Origin: an uncultured Planctomycetaceae bacterium
GTDB lineage: Bacteria > Planctomycetota > Planctomycetia > Planctomycetales > Planctomycetaceae
Length of the DNA: 64,000 nt
Direction of reading: 5' to 3'
Assembly (NCBI GenBank): GCA_963813715.1
Contig: CAWFAK010000007.1
Span: 384,001 to 448,000 of the forward strand
Shown in pieces: positions 1 through 13,154 of the stretch. Position numbers and translations under genes: made by a program. The notes beneath the pieces are model-generated. The model made no database searches. It was given only the letters and a program-made list of their open reading frames with translations, and had not been told where the DNA came from. Position 1 is the first letter of the stretch; the number at the start of each line of letters is the position of its first letter.

Positions 1-947
1 GCCGCTTTCTCGAGATACGTCAAGTAAACGCAGACGGCGTTCTGGCAGCGCACCGAGAAGGGATAAGTCGCAATCGCGCCGCCCGTCGACTGAGCGAAGA
101 ACGCGATCGACGAGAACGCCGCCGCAGCCGCGAGAAATGGGATCTTTTCGACCAGCCGCCTGAAAAACGTTGCGCGACTGAACCCCTGCGGTGGCGCTTC
201 GCGTGGCGTTTCCTGGCTACCGCGGGACCTGCGTTTGCGGTCCGGCGCACGCGTCTTCGCCGTCGTGGGCTCGCCAGACTTTGGTCCTAACCGACGCAAC
301 GGCCAGTAATCGAGCAGCAAGAAGACGAACGGCAGCGTCACCAACGTCGGCTTGGAGAGAAGGCTGCAGAGGAAGAGCAAGAGCGATCCCAAAAACCACC
401 GCGCCATGCCGACCCGCGTGTACCGCACGTAGGTCCAAAGCGACAGGAGACCAAAGAAAATACTCAGGACGTCCTTGCGTTCGGCCACCCACGCCACCGA
501 TTCCACATGCAGCGGGTGCAGCGCGAACAGCGCCGCAACAAAGGCGCTCCGCGCCGTGTATCCTGTAGCGCTCGCCAGGGCCAGGAACAGGATCAGCGCG
601 TTGGCCGCATGGAGAACCACGTTGGTGGCGTGATAGCCGGCCGGACCGATGCCGAAGAGCGTGCTGTCGAGCATCAGCGACAGCCAGGTCAGCGGAATCC
701 AGTTGCAGTCATGGACGCTCAGACTCCACCGCAATCCCGCGAGCGACAGACCCGCCTGAACCTGCGGGTTTTGTGAGGCATACGTCGGATCGTCAATGTT
801 AATGAACGAGAAGCCCACAGCCTGCGAATAGACTGCGAGCGTGCCGACAACCAGGAGCACGCAAAACAAGATCCGCGCACGCCGATCCGCGGAAGGCGAA
901 GCGGGTGAATGCGACACGGGTAAAGAAGACGCTGGTAAAGAAGACAC
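1..947 (-). CDS. TMTC-like membrane glycosyltransferase (protein O-mannosyltransferase/TPR family), N-terminal part; runs off the window start
   Basis: Manual minus-strand translation (absent from the ORF track because there is no stop in the window): ...GFSFINIDDPTYASQNPQV...NWIPLTWLSLMLD...GYHATNVVLH...FALHPLHVESVAWVAERKDVLS...LLSKPTLVTLP. These are GT-C/TMTC motifs. The start codon is uncertain. Confidence 0.8.
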   Translation of the reverse strand, partial: MSSLPASSLPVSHSPASPSADRRARILFCVLLVVGTLAVYSQAVGFSFINIDDPTYASQNPQVQAGLSLAGLRWSLSVHDCNWIPLTWLSLMLDSTLFGIGPAGYHATNVVLHAANALILFLALASATGYTARSAFVAALFALHPLHVESVAWVAERKDVLSIFFGLLSLWTYVRYTRVGMARWFLGSLLLFLCSLLSKPTLVTLPFVFLLLDYWPLRRLGPKSGEPTTAKTRAPDRKRRSRGSQETPREAPPQGFSRATFFRRLVEKIPFLAAAAAFSSIAFFAQSTGGAIATYPFSVRCQNAVCVYLTYLEKA

Positions 948-1267
948 GGGGCCAGTTCCGCGGCGGCGAGAATGCTGGCGGCCGTTCTCATGCCTCGCGA
1001 TTCCCACGCAGACAAGCACGCGCCAGGCGACCCAAGGTCGCATCAACAAACGTTAACGCATCGGCCCACCGGCCACAAACAGATGCGAACTGACATCGCC
1101 TTCTCGCCGCGTTTCACTCGGTCCCAAACTGCGTTTTCGACCCGGAACCACCCGCCCGCGGAACCTTGTGCTCCGGCATCGTGTCCTCTCCTACCTCGGC
1201 CGGTATGCACGACTCAACCCGCCTTGCTGAGTCGTGGTAGAATGGGCAGCAAGCGGAGGAGTGGTCC

Positions 1268-1678
1268 ATGCCCACATTAGACGAGGTGTACCGCAAATTC
1301 GGAAAAGTCTCGGAAGCCGCTCAACTACTTGAGACAGAGTTGGGCACAATGCTGCTCAGCGTTCAGGCCACGGAACATGATCTGTTTGCAAGCGACAAGG
1401 GGGAATTAGCGACTGAAATCCTCGAAAAGATCAACAAGAGCACATTTGGCGAGCTTATCAGGAAACTGGCCAAGGCTGCCCGTTTCTCGGGGGACTCGGA
1501 GTTGCTCTTGGCGAACGCCCTTGCTGAGCGAAATCGGCTCTTCCATTCCTTCTATCGGAAACACAACTTCAGACGGAACTCCGACGAGGGCCGTGCGAAG
1601 ATGCTCGAAGACCTGCAGGCGCAAGCACAAGGTAATTATCGCAGCCTATACGGCGGTCATGCGACTTTCGGGTATTGA
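1268..1678 (+). CDS. hypothetical protein with HEPN-like RNxxxH motif; 3' end probably frameshifted
   Basis: GGAGG RBS upstream; predicted helical; contains ERNRLFH; visibly more AT-rich than its neighbours. A plausible C-terminus (KHKVIIAAYTAVMRLSGIDLD...) continues in another frame after ~1620. Confidence 0.6.
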   Translation: MPTLDEVYRKFGKVSEAAQLLETELGTMLLSVQATEHDLFASDKGELATEILEKINKSTFGELIRKLAKAARFSGDSELLLANALAERNRLFHSFYRKHNFRRNSDEGRAKMLEDLQAQAQGNYRSLYGGHATFGY

Positions 1679-1858
1679 CCTAGATAACGCGAACGTGCCG
1701 ATGCCAACGACACACGTGAAGATTCAGAGGTGTGGGCCGCCGAGCGGCCCATCCAGCCGCAATTGTGGCGATGTTGAGGCCACTATGGCGCGACTCGGCA
1801 GCGTCGGCAAACTGGTTGCGGGAGCCCGAGAAGTGGAACAGAACAATGGGCGTGCTCT

Positions 1859-2512
1859 ATGGCCGACAAACACTATCCGCCAGGCTTCATGATTAGCAAA
1901 TTTCATTGTCCACACTGCCGAGTGTTCGCTGCGCAGGAATGGGGATACGGCGCACAGGCGCACGAACTCGACGAGTTTGGCGATCTCAATGGAGCACGGG
2001 CAGTCCCCAAGTTGAATGTCTCCACTTGCGCTCATTGCAATGATTTCTCGCTTTGGCGGGCGCAGAAGATGATTTATCCGAAGACAGGGTCCGCAGTCCT
2101 GCCGCACGACGATATGCCGCCTGATGTAAAAGCAGACTTTGATGAAGCGAGAGAGGTTGCGGCTATTTCGCCCCGGTCGGCCGGCGCACTGCTTCGATTA
2201 GCGATGGAACGGTTAACTGCGGGCCTTGTCGAGGGCAGCGGGAAAGACCTCAACGACAACATCCGAATCCTTGTTGAAAGAGGACTGTCGCCGCGAATTC
2301 AAAAGGGATGCGACATTGTGCGCCTCACCGGTAATAGTCTTGTCCATCCGGGGCAGATTGATCCTTCCGACACTCCTGAAATCGTCAACTCGTTGTTTGA
2401 ATTAGTCAACTTGGTCGTAGACTTCGAGACTTCCCAGCCGAAGAAAGTCGACCATATGTACGGCTCATTGCCACAACCCAAGCTGGACGCAATCGAAAAG
2501 CGGGACGGGTAA
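1859..2512 (+). CDS. DUF4145 (HEPN-like) domain protein with N-terminal Zn ribbon
   Basis: CPHC...CAHC, followed by DFDEAREV..ISPRSAGALLRLAMERL...LNDNIRILV...VRLTGNSLVHPG, which is typical of DUF4145. Confidence 0.8.
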   Translation: MADKHYPPGFMISKFHCPHCRVFAAQEWGYGAQAHELDEFGDLNGARAVPKLNVSTCAHCNDFSLWRAQKMIYPKTGSAVLPHDDMPPDVKADFDEAREVAAISPRSAGALLRLAMERLTAGLVEGSGKDLNDNIRILVERGLSPRIQKGCDIVRLTGNSLVHPGQIDPSDTPEIVNSLFELVNLVVDFETSQPKKVDHMYGSLPQPKLDAIEKRDG

Positions 2513-2614
2513 ACTGAGTGCTGCGAGACGGGGTAGATTCGCCTCGGAAACAGCACCGGGTGGGCCGGCGTTGACGAAGGGTAGGCCGGTAGCGTAGAGG
2601 CCGGGAGACAATCG

Positions 2615-2932
2615 ATGCAAACGCCCGAAACGCCGCCGGAGCTGATCGACAAACCGAAAAAGCGGCGGCGGAAGTGGGTCCGGTGGGTCGTCGTTCTGCT
2701 TGTGCTCTACCCGCTGTCGTACGGCCCGGTGACCGGATTCTTAGACCGGACAGATCCGTGGCCCACAATGGCCTACGACGCCTTCTATACGCCGCTCTGG
2801 TGGGTCTGCGAGCGAGTCCCGCTATGCGATCGCGCACTGGACTGGTATCTCAACATTTGTTGGCGGATTGGCTGGAAGGAGGATGCTCCGCTGAATTTTA
2901 GCGGTCAGCACTGGTCCGACCCGCGCCGGTAA
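2615..2932 (+). CDS. small membrane protein (LYPLSxGP...YxPLxW...WY family)
   Basis: GGAGA RBS; basic patch plus one TM helix; a paralogue lies at 53126-53349. Confidence 0.65.
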   Translation: MQTPETPPELIDKPKKRRRKWVRWVVVLLVLYPLSYGPVTGFLDRTDPWPTMAYDAFYTPLWWVCERVPLCDRALDWYLNICWRIGWKEDAPLNFSGQHWSDPRR

Positions 2933-2960
2933 GAATCCGACCGGAACCCCGCCGCCTCGC

Positions 2961-4722
2961 TTACAGCGTCGGACCGGTGTCGCCCGGCAACAGAATGCGG
3001 CGGACCATTTTGATGGGGATGCCGCCCTGGCGGACGAATTCGTTGTGGAAGGTTTCGAGCTTGTAGTTTGAGCCCTTCGCTTTGCGGTAGTCGTCGCGGA
3101 GCTTGTAGATCTGCAGCTTGCCGAGCGTGTAGTAGAGGTAGGTCGGGTTGTAGGCGCCGCGGCGGGCCTCCTCGAAGGCGTTGGCCGGCTCCTGGAAGCC
3201 CTCCTTCACGAAGACGTCGGTCCCCTGCTCCACCGTCATGCCCTGAGTGTGCAACTTGATGCCAACCACATAACGGCAGTCGCGTAACAGGGCCTCGGAG
3301 AGCTGGGCGAGCTGAATCTTCGGATCGCCGTCGCCGTAACCCTCTTCGAGCGCCATTTGCTCGCAGTAGTGGGCCCAGCCCTCGGCGTTGGTGCCGCAGA
3401 AGGTCAGCTTGCGCGTCTTGGTCGGGTACTCTTTGCTGTAGAGGAACTGGATGTAGTGGCCGGGGAACGCCTCGTGAATGGTGATGACCTGCATCACCGG
3501 GGCGTTGAACAGCCGCAGATGCTCCTCGATGTGATTGGGAGCCCAGTTCTTTTCGGGCGGCGTGACGTAGTAGAACGCTTCGGTGGCGCGGGTTTCGTAA
3601 GCGCCCGGCGTGTCCATCGAGGCGAAGCTGCCGCCGCGAGCGTACGGGGGCGTCTCCAGGATCGTGGGCCGCACTTCGGACGGGACGGTGACGATGTGCC
3701 GGTCGATCAGGAACTGCCGCGTCTTTTCGATCGTCCGCTCGGCCGAAGGGATCAGGTCGACCGCAGCCGGGTGGTCGTCGGAAATTGCCTTCATCACGTC
3801 CGCCGGCGTCTTGTGCGGGTCGATCTTGGCGGCGACGGCCGTGAACGCGTCGTGATCGCGGCGAAGATTCGCCTCGCCGATAGCCAGCACGCGATCGAGC
3901 GGGATGTCGACCATTTCGTCATAAAGCAACTTTTTGGAGAAGGCGTCGGCACCCAGCGCGTACTTCCCGTGTGACTGGGGCAGCAGGTCGTGCTTCATCC
4001 AGGCGACGGTCTCGGTGATCTCCTTCACCACCCGGTTGTTGGCGGCCTCGAATTCCGCGAAGAGCGCGGCGTCATTTCCGGCGGCATCGCGGGCCCAGTC
4101 GCGGACCGTCTTTTGAAAGAAGCCGATCGAGCCGGAGCCCATGCGGATCGCCAGGTCGGTGAACTCCTTGGGGGGATTGTCGACGTTCGCCCGCAGCGCC
4201 TCGAACGTTGCCGGAGCGGCCTTGAGCCGAGCGATCACCGAGTGCAACCGAGTCACGGGCGGAGCGAAGCTGCGCTTCATCAGGCCGTCGATCGATCCGG
4301 CAGGCCCGCGGATGTAGCTCATCGGGTTGTGCCGCCAGGTCTGCAGGGTCTCGAGGTTGAGCAGCTGGCCTTTGATCTGGCCGTCGAGGATCTCGGCATC
4401 GATCGACTCGTCCTCGGTGAGCGCTCCGGCACGAAGCTTGTCGAGCCGGGTCTGGAAGGTCTTGGCGGCTTCGATCCGTTTCGCGACGGCGGCGGCAGAG
4501 CCATCTTCCAGCCGGTCATCGTATTGATGGAACCCTTCGGCGGTGCCCATCGACGGCCGGGCCTCGAAGGCCGCATTGAAATAATCGTCGACGAAGACGG
4601 CAAAGGGCCGCGGAGCCTCCGCGCCCAGCGCCTTTGAACGGCACACCGGTCCGAGCGTCAGGACTGGGGTCAATCAGAACCACACCAAGCAGAACCGGCA
4701 GGAGACGGGACACGCGCGACAT
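2961..4722 (-). CDS. DUF885 family secreted protein (metallopeptidase-like), frameshift near the N-terminus
   Basis: HEAFPGHY, NAEGWAHYCEQ and YYTLGKLQI motifs. The signal-peptide-like start MSRVSRLLPVLLGVVL at 4722 is in another frame. Confidence 0.85.
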
Positions 4723-5008
4723 GGCAGGCTTCTCCAGGTTGTTCGTTCCGACCACCTTATCCCAGCGCGATTTGATTCGCCACTGCCGCCCTGGACTGCC
4801 GGGCATTGAAGACGGGCTGCCAGACGCCGAAACGCGGGCCCCGCCGCTCCCGTCGGACTACTTGCAGGAATCCGGATCCATCTTGGTCGAAGTCTCTCGA
4901 ATCGCCGGGCGCGACCCGTTACGATCCGGCGCCAACCAGTCGGTTTCTTCCATCAATGGAAACGCGATTTTAACCGGTTCGAGCTGCCCGTAGCCGCGGA
5001 GACTCGCA

Positions 5009-5176
5009 ATGTTGCGCTGGACTGTCGTGTTTCTGATCATCGCTTTGATCGCCGGCGTGTTGGGCTTTTACTCGCTCGAGGGCATGGCGATGTGGATCGC
5101 TAAGGTCCTCTTCCTCATCTTCGTGGTCTTGTTCATTGTCTCGCTGGTGATGGGGCGGCGCGGGCCGATGGCCTGA
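5009..5176 (+). CDS. DUF1328 (YtjA-like) small membrane protein
   Basis: Manual translation: [63 protein letters not shown]. It is below the ORF-track length cutoff. Confidence 0.9.
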   Translation: MLRWTVVFLIIALIAGVLGFYSLEGMAMWIAKVLFLIFVVLFIVSLVMGRRGPMA

Positions 5177-5252
5177 TTGTCTGCCGTGAGGTCGCCGCAG
5201 TCCGACTGCGTGAGAGGCGTGCCGGAAGTGCGCGCCCAGCCACGGAATCGCA

Positions 5253-7064
5253 ATGACTGAGTCCGATCGACTCTTGACGGTTCTGGCGGGCGTCCTGGTC
5301 CTGGGGGTGGGGGCTCAGTGGATTGCCTGGCGGATCCGGGCCCCGGCCATCTTGGCACTCCTGGGGGCAGGATTCTTGGCCGGCCCCGTGACTGGCTTAA
5401 TCGAGCCCGACGCATTATTCGGCCCGTTGCTGTTGCCGGTCGTCTCGTTGTCGGTGAGCTTGATCCTCTTCGAGGGGGGACTCAGTCTCGAATTTCGCGA
5501 GCTTCGCGAAGTCGGCCGACCGGTCGTCGGACTGCTGACCGTCGGCGCGGCCACCACCTGGCTCCTGACGACTATGTCGGCCCACTGGGTCCTGGGCCTG
5601 CCCCAATCTGCTGCGTTGCTCCTCGGCGCCATCCTGGTTGTGACCGGGCCCACGGTCATCGGGCCGCTGTTGCGTGACATCCGTCCGATCGGTCGCGTCA
5701 GCTCGATTGCGCGATGGGAAGGAATCGTGATCGATCCCATCGGCGCCTGTCTGGCCGTGCTTGTGTTTCAAGCCACAGAGACGGGCGACGGCGGCGGACT
5801 GCGTCACGCGTTCCTCGCCCTGGCGACCGGACTCGCCACGACCGGTTTGATCGGCACGGCGATCGGGATGGTGGCCGCCCTCATTCTGACGTTTGTGTTG
5901 CACCGCTTCTGGCTGCCGGATCATCTGCAAAACCCCGTGACGTTGATGCTGGCGATCGCCGCATTCACAGCCGCCGAAATTGTGCACCCTCAGGCCGGAC
6001 TGGTCGCGGCGACGGTGATGGGGATCGGCATGGCGAATCAGCGCCGGGTGGACATTCGTCGCATCGTCGAGTTCAAGGAAAGCCTGACGGTGCTGTTGGT
6101 CACCTGCCTGTTCATCGTGCTGGCCGCGCGGGTCTCCGCGAAATCTTTGACGGCCTTGGGTTGGCGGGGAGCGCTGTTCGTCGCCGTGCTGATCCTGGTC
6201 ATTCGCCCCTTGAGCGTGTGGCTGGCGACGATCGGCTCGACGTTGAAGTGGCGCGAAAAGATGTTCCTGTCGTGGTTTGCTCCGCGGGGAATCGTCGCGG
6301 CGTCGGTGGCCTCGGTGTTCGCCATCCAAATGGGCTCCTCCGGAGAAGCCCTCGCGTCGGCAACCCTGCTCGTCGTCTTCGCCACGGTTGCGATCTACGG
6401 CATGACGGCCGGCACGCTCGCGCGCCGCCTGGGCCTTGCTGTCGCCCGCCCCGAAGGATTGCTGATTGCCGGTGCCAACCCCGTGGCCCGCGCCGTCGCG
6501 GCCGCACTCGGCAGCGCCGGCTTTGCGACCACGCTCGTCGACTCGCGTTACGCCGGAATTCGCGAAGCGCATGCGGCCGGATTGACCGCAGTTTACGGCG
6601 ACATCCTCTCCGATCGCACGCTGGATCGCATCGATCTGAGCGGGCTCGGCCGCTTTCTCGCCTTGACGTCAAACGACGACGTCAACACCCTCGCCGCCAC
6701 GATCCTGCGCGACGTCTTTGGACGACAGCACGTCTACCAGCTCGCGCGTTCGCTGCGCCAGGAACCCATGAAGAACAGCGAAGTCCCGCATCTGGGCGGT
6801 CGCACTTTGTTTGGCGCCGAGTGTCTTTACGAGCGGCTGGACGAGGCCATTGACCGCGGCGCAGTCATCAAAGCGACGCCGTTGACGGCCGAATTCGGAC
6901 TGCAGGCGTTCCTCGACCATTATGGGCAGGACGCCGTACCGCTGTTCGTCGTCGACGGTCCGCGTCTCTTGGTCGTCACGCTCGACGCGCCGTGCCACGC
7001 CGTTGCGGGCCAGTCGGTGATCAGCCTGGTGTCGAGCCCGCGGCCTGCGACACCGGATGGCTGA
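5253..7064 (+). CDS. CPA1/NhaP-type cation:proton antiporter with C-terminal TrkA-N-like domain
   Basis: [24 protein letters not shown] and APRGIVAAS motifs; many TM helices; GxNxxAR nucleotide-binding-like tail. Confidence 0.9.
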   Translation: MTESDRLLTVLAGVLVLGVGAQWIAWRIRAPAILALLGAGFLAGPVTGLIEPDALFGPLLLPVVSLSVSLILFEGGLSLEFRELREVGRPVVGLLTVGAATTWLLTTMSAHWVLGLPQSAALLLGAILVVTGPTVIGPLLRDIRPIGRVSSIARWEGIVIDPIGACLAVLVFQATETGDGGGLRHAFLALATGLATTGLIGTAIGMVAALILTFVLHRFWLPDHLQNPVTLMLAIAAFTAAEIVHPQAGLVAATVMGIGMANQRRVDIRRIVEFKESLTVLLVTCLFIVLAARVSAKSLTALGWRGALFVAVLILVIRPLSVWLATIGSTLKWREKMFLSWFAPRGIVAASVASVFAIQMGSSGEALASATLLVVFATVAIYGMTAGTLARRLGLAVARPEGLLIAGANPVARAVAAALGSAGFATTLVDSRYAGIREAHAAGLTAVYGDILSDRTLDRIDLSGLGRFLALTSNDDVNTLAATILRDVFGRQHVYQLARSLRQEPMKNSEVPHLGGRTLFGAECLYERLDEAIDRGAVIKATPLTAEFGLQAFLDHYGQDAVPLFVVDGPRLLVVTLDAPCHAVAGQSVISLVSSPRPATPDG

Positions 7065-7196
7065 CCCGATTCGGGGCCGCAATCTGCGATCGAACGGGGC
7101 TGCGGAACCGGACTGCGGCCTCCGCTTCCAGTCTCCAAAAGGCGGCGGCCATCCCGCCCGCGCCGGCGACTTTGCAAGAATTCCGGATCCTTGTAA

Positions 7197-9482
<2,286 letters not shown>

Positions 9483-9498
9483 TGACGAAGTCGAGCGA

Positions 9499-9669
9499 CC
9501 CGGCGAGCCCCCAGCGTGAGCTGGGGGTGCTTTGATTCGTTTTCGCCCTTCTCTCCGACCCCTGTTCAAACTGAGAGACAAAGCACCATCGGGCTAACGC
9601 CCGACGCTCGCCGAGCTGTTTGCGCGCATAGCGACCGGCGAGCCCCCAGCGTAAGCTGGGGGGTGCTTT
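9499..9669. repeat. REP cluster (inverted REP pair plus a third REP), same family as the repeats flanking the Y1 transposase at 14.3 kb
   Basis: Units CCGGCGAGC-stem-C(GTNA)G-stem-GGTGCTT at 9499-9533 (+), 9580-9613 (-) and 9635-9669 (+). Confidence 0.9.
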
Positions 9670-9714
9670 AATTAGCCCGTAATTCGCGCGGAAAAGCGTG
9701 TCACTGATGGTCAT

Positions 9715-12700
9715 TTGCGGGAGCTCGATCGCGTGAGAATTTTCCTCCCTCCGATTGTCGCGATCCTGGTCGTTGTCGGCGCGTGTGCATTATCCGCGGC
9801 GGCAGAGCCAGCGGCCAACGACCAAACGCCGGTGAACATGAGCTGGGGCGTGAAGGTCCCGATGCGCGACGGCGTGAAGCTCAACGCCACGGTCTACCAG
9901 CCGGACGCCAAAGACGCGCTGCCGGTGATCTTCACGATGACTCCCTACATCAGCGACACCTATCACGACCGCGCGATGTACTTCGCGCGGAATGGGTACG
10001 TCTTTGCTCTGGTCGACGTTCGTGGACGCGGCAATTCCGGCGGTGAATTCGAGCCGTTCGCCAATGACCCGCGCGACGGTCACGACGTCGTGGAATGGTT
10101 CGCCAGGCAACCGTGGTGCAACGGCAAGGTGGCGATGTGGGGCGGATCGTACGCCGGGTTCAACCAGTGGGCGACGCTCAAAGAGTTCCCGCCGCACCTG
10201 GCGACGATTGTCCCGGCCGCCGCGGCGCATCCCGGAGTCGATTTCCCCGCGCCGCACAATGTCTTTGTTTCCTACGACGTTCAATGGCTCACCTTCACCA
10301 GCGGCGCGACGCCGAACGTGAAGCTCTTCGGCGAGTCCGGCTTCTGGATCGACAAGTTTCGCGAGCGGTACCTGAATCACATCCCGTTCCACAGGCTGGA
10401 CACCCTGGTGGGCAATCCGTCGCCCCACTTTCAAAAATGGCTCGTTCACCGCACGCCGGACGAGTATCTCGACACGATGGCCCCGGACCGCGAGGCCTAC
10501 GCCCGAATTGGGATCCCAATCCTCACGATCACCGGCAATTACGATGACGACCAGGCCGGCGCGATGACGTTCTATCGGCGGCACATGCAATACGGCTCCG
10601 AGAAGGGCCGCGAGCGTCACTATCTGTTGATCGGGCCGTGGGACCACGCCGGCACGCGGACTCCGACCCAGGAGGTGGGCGGACTGAAGTTCGGTTCGGC
10701 CTGTCTCGTCGACCTCAACAAATTGCACCGCGAGTGGTACGACTGGACGATGAAAGGGGGCGCGAAGCCCAAGTTCCTCGAAAAACGCGTCACTTACTAC
10801 GTGCCGGGCGCGGAGGCGTGGAAATCTGCCGACAGCCTCGAAGCGATCCCGACGAAATCGGAGAGGTTTTTCCTCTCGAGCACGCACGGCTCGCCATCGG
10901 ACGCGTTCCACTCCGGCACGCTCACCCGCACGAAGCCCGGTCAATCGCCGCCGGCGAGCTACGTCTACGATCCGCTCGACGTTCGTCCGGCTGAGCTGGA
11001 GCGCGAGCCGATCAAGAATGAAGTGACGGATCAGCGCTTTGCGCTCAACCTCTTCGGCAGCGGCCTGGTTTTTCACAGCGATCCGTTCCCGGAATCCGTC
11101 GAAATCACCGGCTATTTGAAGCTCGTCGCCTGGATCGCGCTGGACGTGCCCGACACGGATTTCGCGGTCAAGGTCTACGAGATCAAGCCCGATGGAACCA
11201 GCATCGCGCTGGCGGACGATCTGAAACGAGCGCGTTACCGCAAGTCGTTGCGTCAGGAAAAGCTGGTCAAGCCCGGGGCGATCGAGCGCTACGTGTTCGA
11301 CTCGTTCAACTTCTTCTCTCGTCGCCTGGAGAAAGGGAGTCGCCTGCGGCTCGTCTTCTCCTCGCCGAACTCGATCTACCTCGAAAAGAACTACAACAGC
11401 GGCGGCGAAGTGGCTGCCGAGTCGCGCGCCGATGCGCGGACCGCCCACGTCGCGCTCTACCAGGACGCTGAGCACGCGAGCTACTTGGAAGTTCCCATCG
11501 TCCGCGCATCGCCCGGCAAACACTTCGATTCGTTGATTCGCGGAGGCACCGTGTACGACGGGTCGGGCGGCCCGCCGCGCCGAGCCGACGTGGGAATTAC
11601 CGGCGATCGCATCGCAGCCGTCGGAGACCTGGCCGGTGCGACCGCAAAAGACGTGGTGGACGCCAAGGGCCTCGCGGTGGCGCCGGGCTTCATCAACATG
11701 CTGAGCTGGTCCACCGATTCTCTGCTGGCGGACGGTCGGGGCCAGAGCGAAATCCGACAGGGCGTCACCACGCAGATCATGGGAGAGGGGAACTCGTGGG
11801 GCCCCGTCAATCCCGCCATCAAGAAGCGGATGCAGAATGAGCAATTCGACATCAAATACCCGATCGAGTGGACAACGCTGAGCGACTACCTCTATTTCCT
11901 CGAGCGCAAGGGGATTTCCCAGAACGTGGCCTCGTTCCTCGGTGCCACGACCGTGCGCGAATACGTGCTCGGGCTGGGGAACAAGAAGCCGACCCAAGAC
12001 GAGCTGGAACGCATGTGCGAGCTCGTCGATCGCGAGATGCGCGAGGGCGCGCTGGGCATCGCGTCGGCCCTCGAGTACGCGCCCGCCTACTACGCCGACA
12101 CCGACGAACTGATCGCCCTGTGCAAGGCAGCCGCCCGGCACAAGGGGAAGTACATCTCTCACATGCGCAGCGAAGGCGAGCGGCTGCTGGAGGGGATCGA
12201 CGAGGTGATCCGCATCAGCCGCGAGGCGCACATTCCCGCCGAAATCTACCACTTCAAGGCGGCCGGCAAGAACAATTGGAAGAAGATGGTTCCGGCGATC
12301 GCCCGCGTCGAGGCGGCTCGGCGTTCCGGATTGCCGATTACCGCGGATATGTACTGTTACACAGCCGGTGCCGCACCGCTGACAGCCTGCATTCCGCCGT
12401 GGGCGATGGAAGGCGGGGAGATCGCCATGCGGCGCCGGCTTGCCGACCCCGCCAGCCGCCAACGAATCATCCACGACATCAAGGACAAGACCGACTGGCC
12501 CAACTTCTACCACAACGCGGGCTCGCCCGAGAACGTCCTGCTCATCAGCTTTAAGCACAATGCGCTCAAGCCCCTGCAGGGTAAGAACCTCGCCCAGATC
12601 GCTCGCGAACAGGGCAAAGACCCCGTCGAGATGCTCGCTCGACCTGCTTTTGGAGGATCAATCGAGCATCGGCACGGCGTACTTCATCACGGCCGAGGAG

Positions 12701-13132
12701 AACATCCGCAAGCTGGTTCCGCTCCCCTGGATCAGCTTCGGCAGCGACGAGGCGTCGCAGTCGCCGGAGGGCGTCTTCCTCAAGTCGCTGCCGCACCCGC
12801 GGGCCTACGGCAACTTCGCCCGGTTACTCGGCAAATATGTCCGCGAAGAAAAACTGCTGACACTCGAAGCGGCGATCCGCAAGCTCAGCCTCCTGCCCGC
12901 GACAAATTTGGGGCTCGACCGTCGAGGCCTGTTGCAGGAAGGCTATTTCGCCGACGTCGTCGTCTTCGATCCCGCCACCATCGGCGACCGGGCCACCTAC
13001 GAGAAGCCCCATCAGTACGCCGTCGGCATGCGGCACGTCTTCGTCAACGGCGTCGGCGTGCTCAAGGACGGCGAGCACACCGGCGCGAAACCGGGCAAGG
13101 CGCTCTGGGGCCCCGGCAAGGTCGATCGCTGA
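9715..13132 (+). CDS. secreted CocE/NonD-family hydrolase fused to an N-acyl-D-amino-acid deacylase (amidohydrolase); frameshift at ~12640
   Basis: N-half: PMRDGVKL, DVRGRGNS, GGSYAG, IGPWDH. C-half: IRGGTVYDGSG, APGFINM, SHMRSEG, HPRAYGNFARLLG, ADVVVFDP. The start is approximate. Confidence 0.85.
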
Positions 13133-13154
13133 GTCAGGTCGGTGATCGCGGCAA

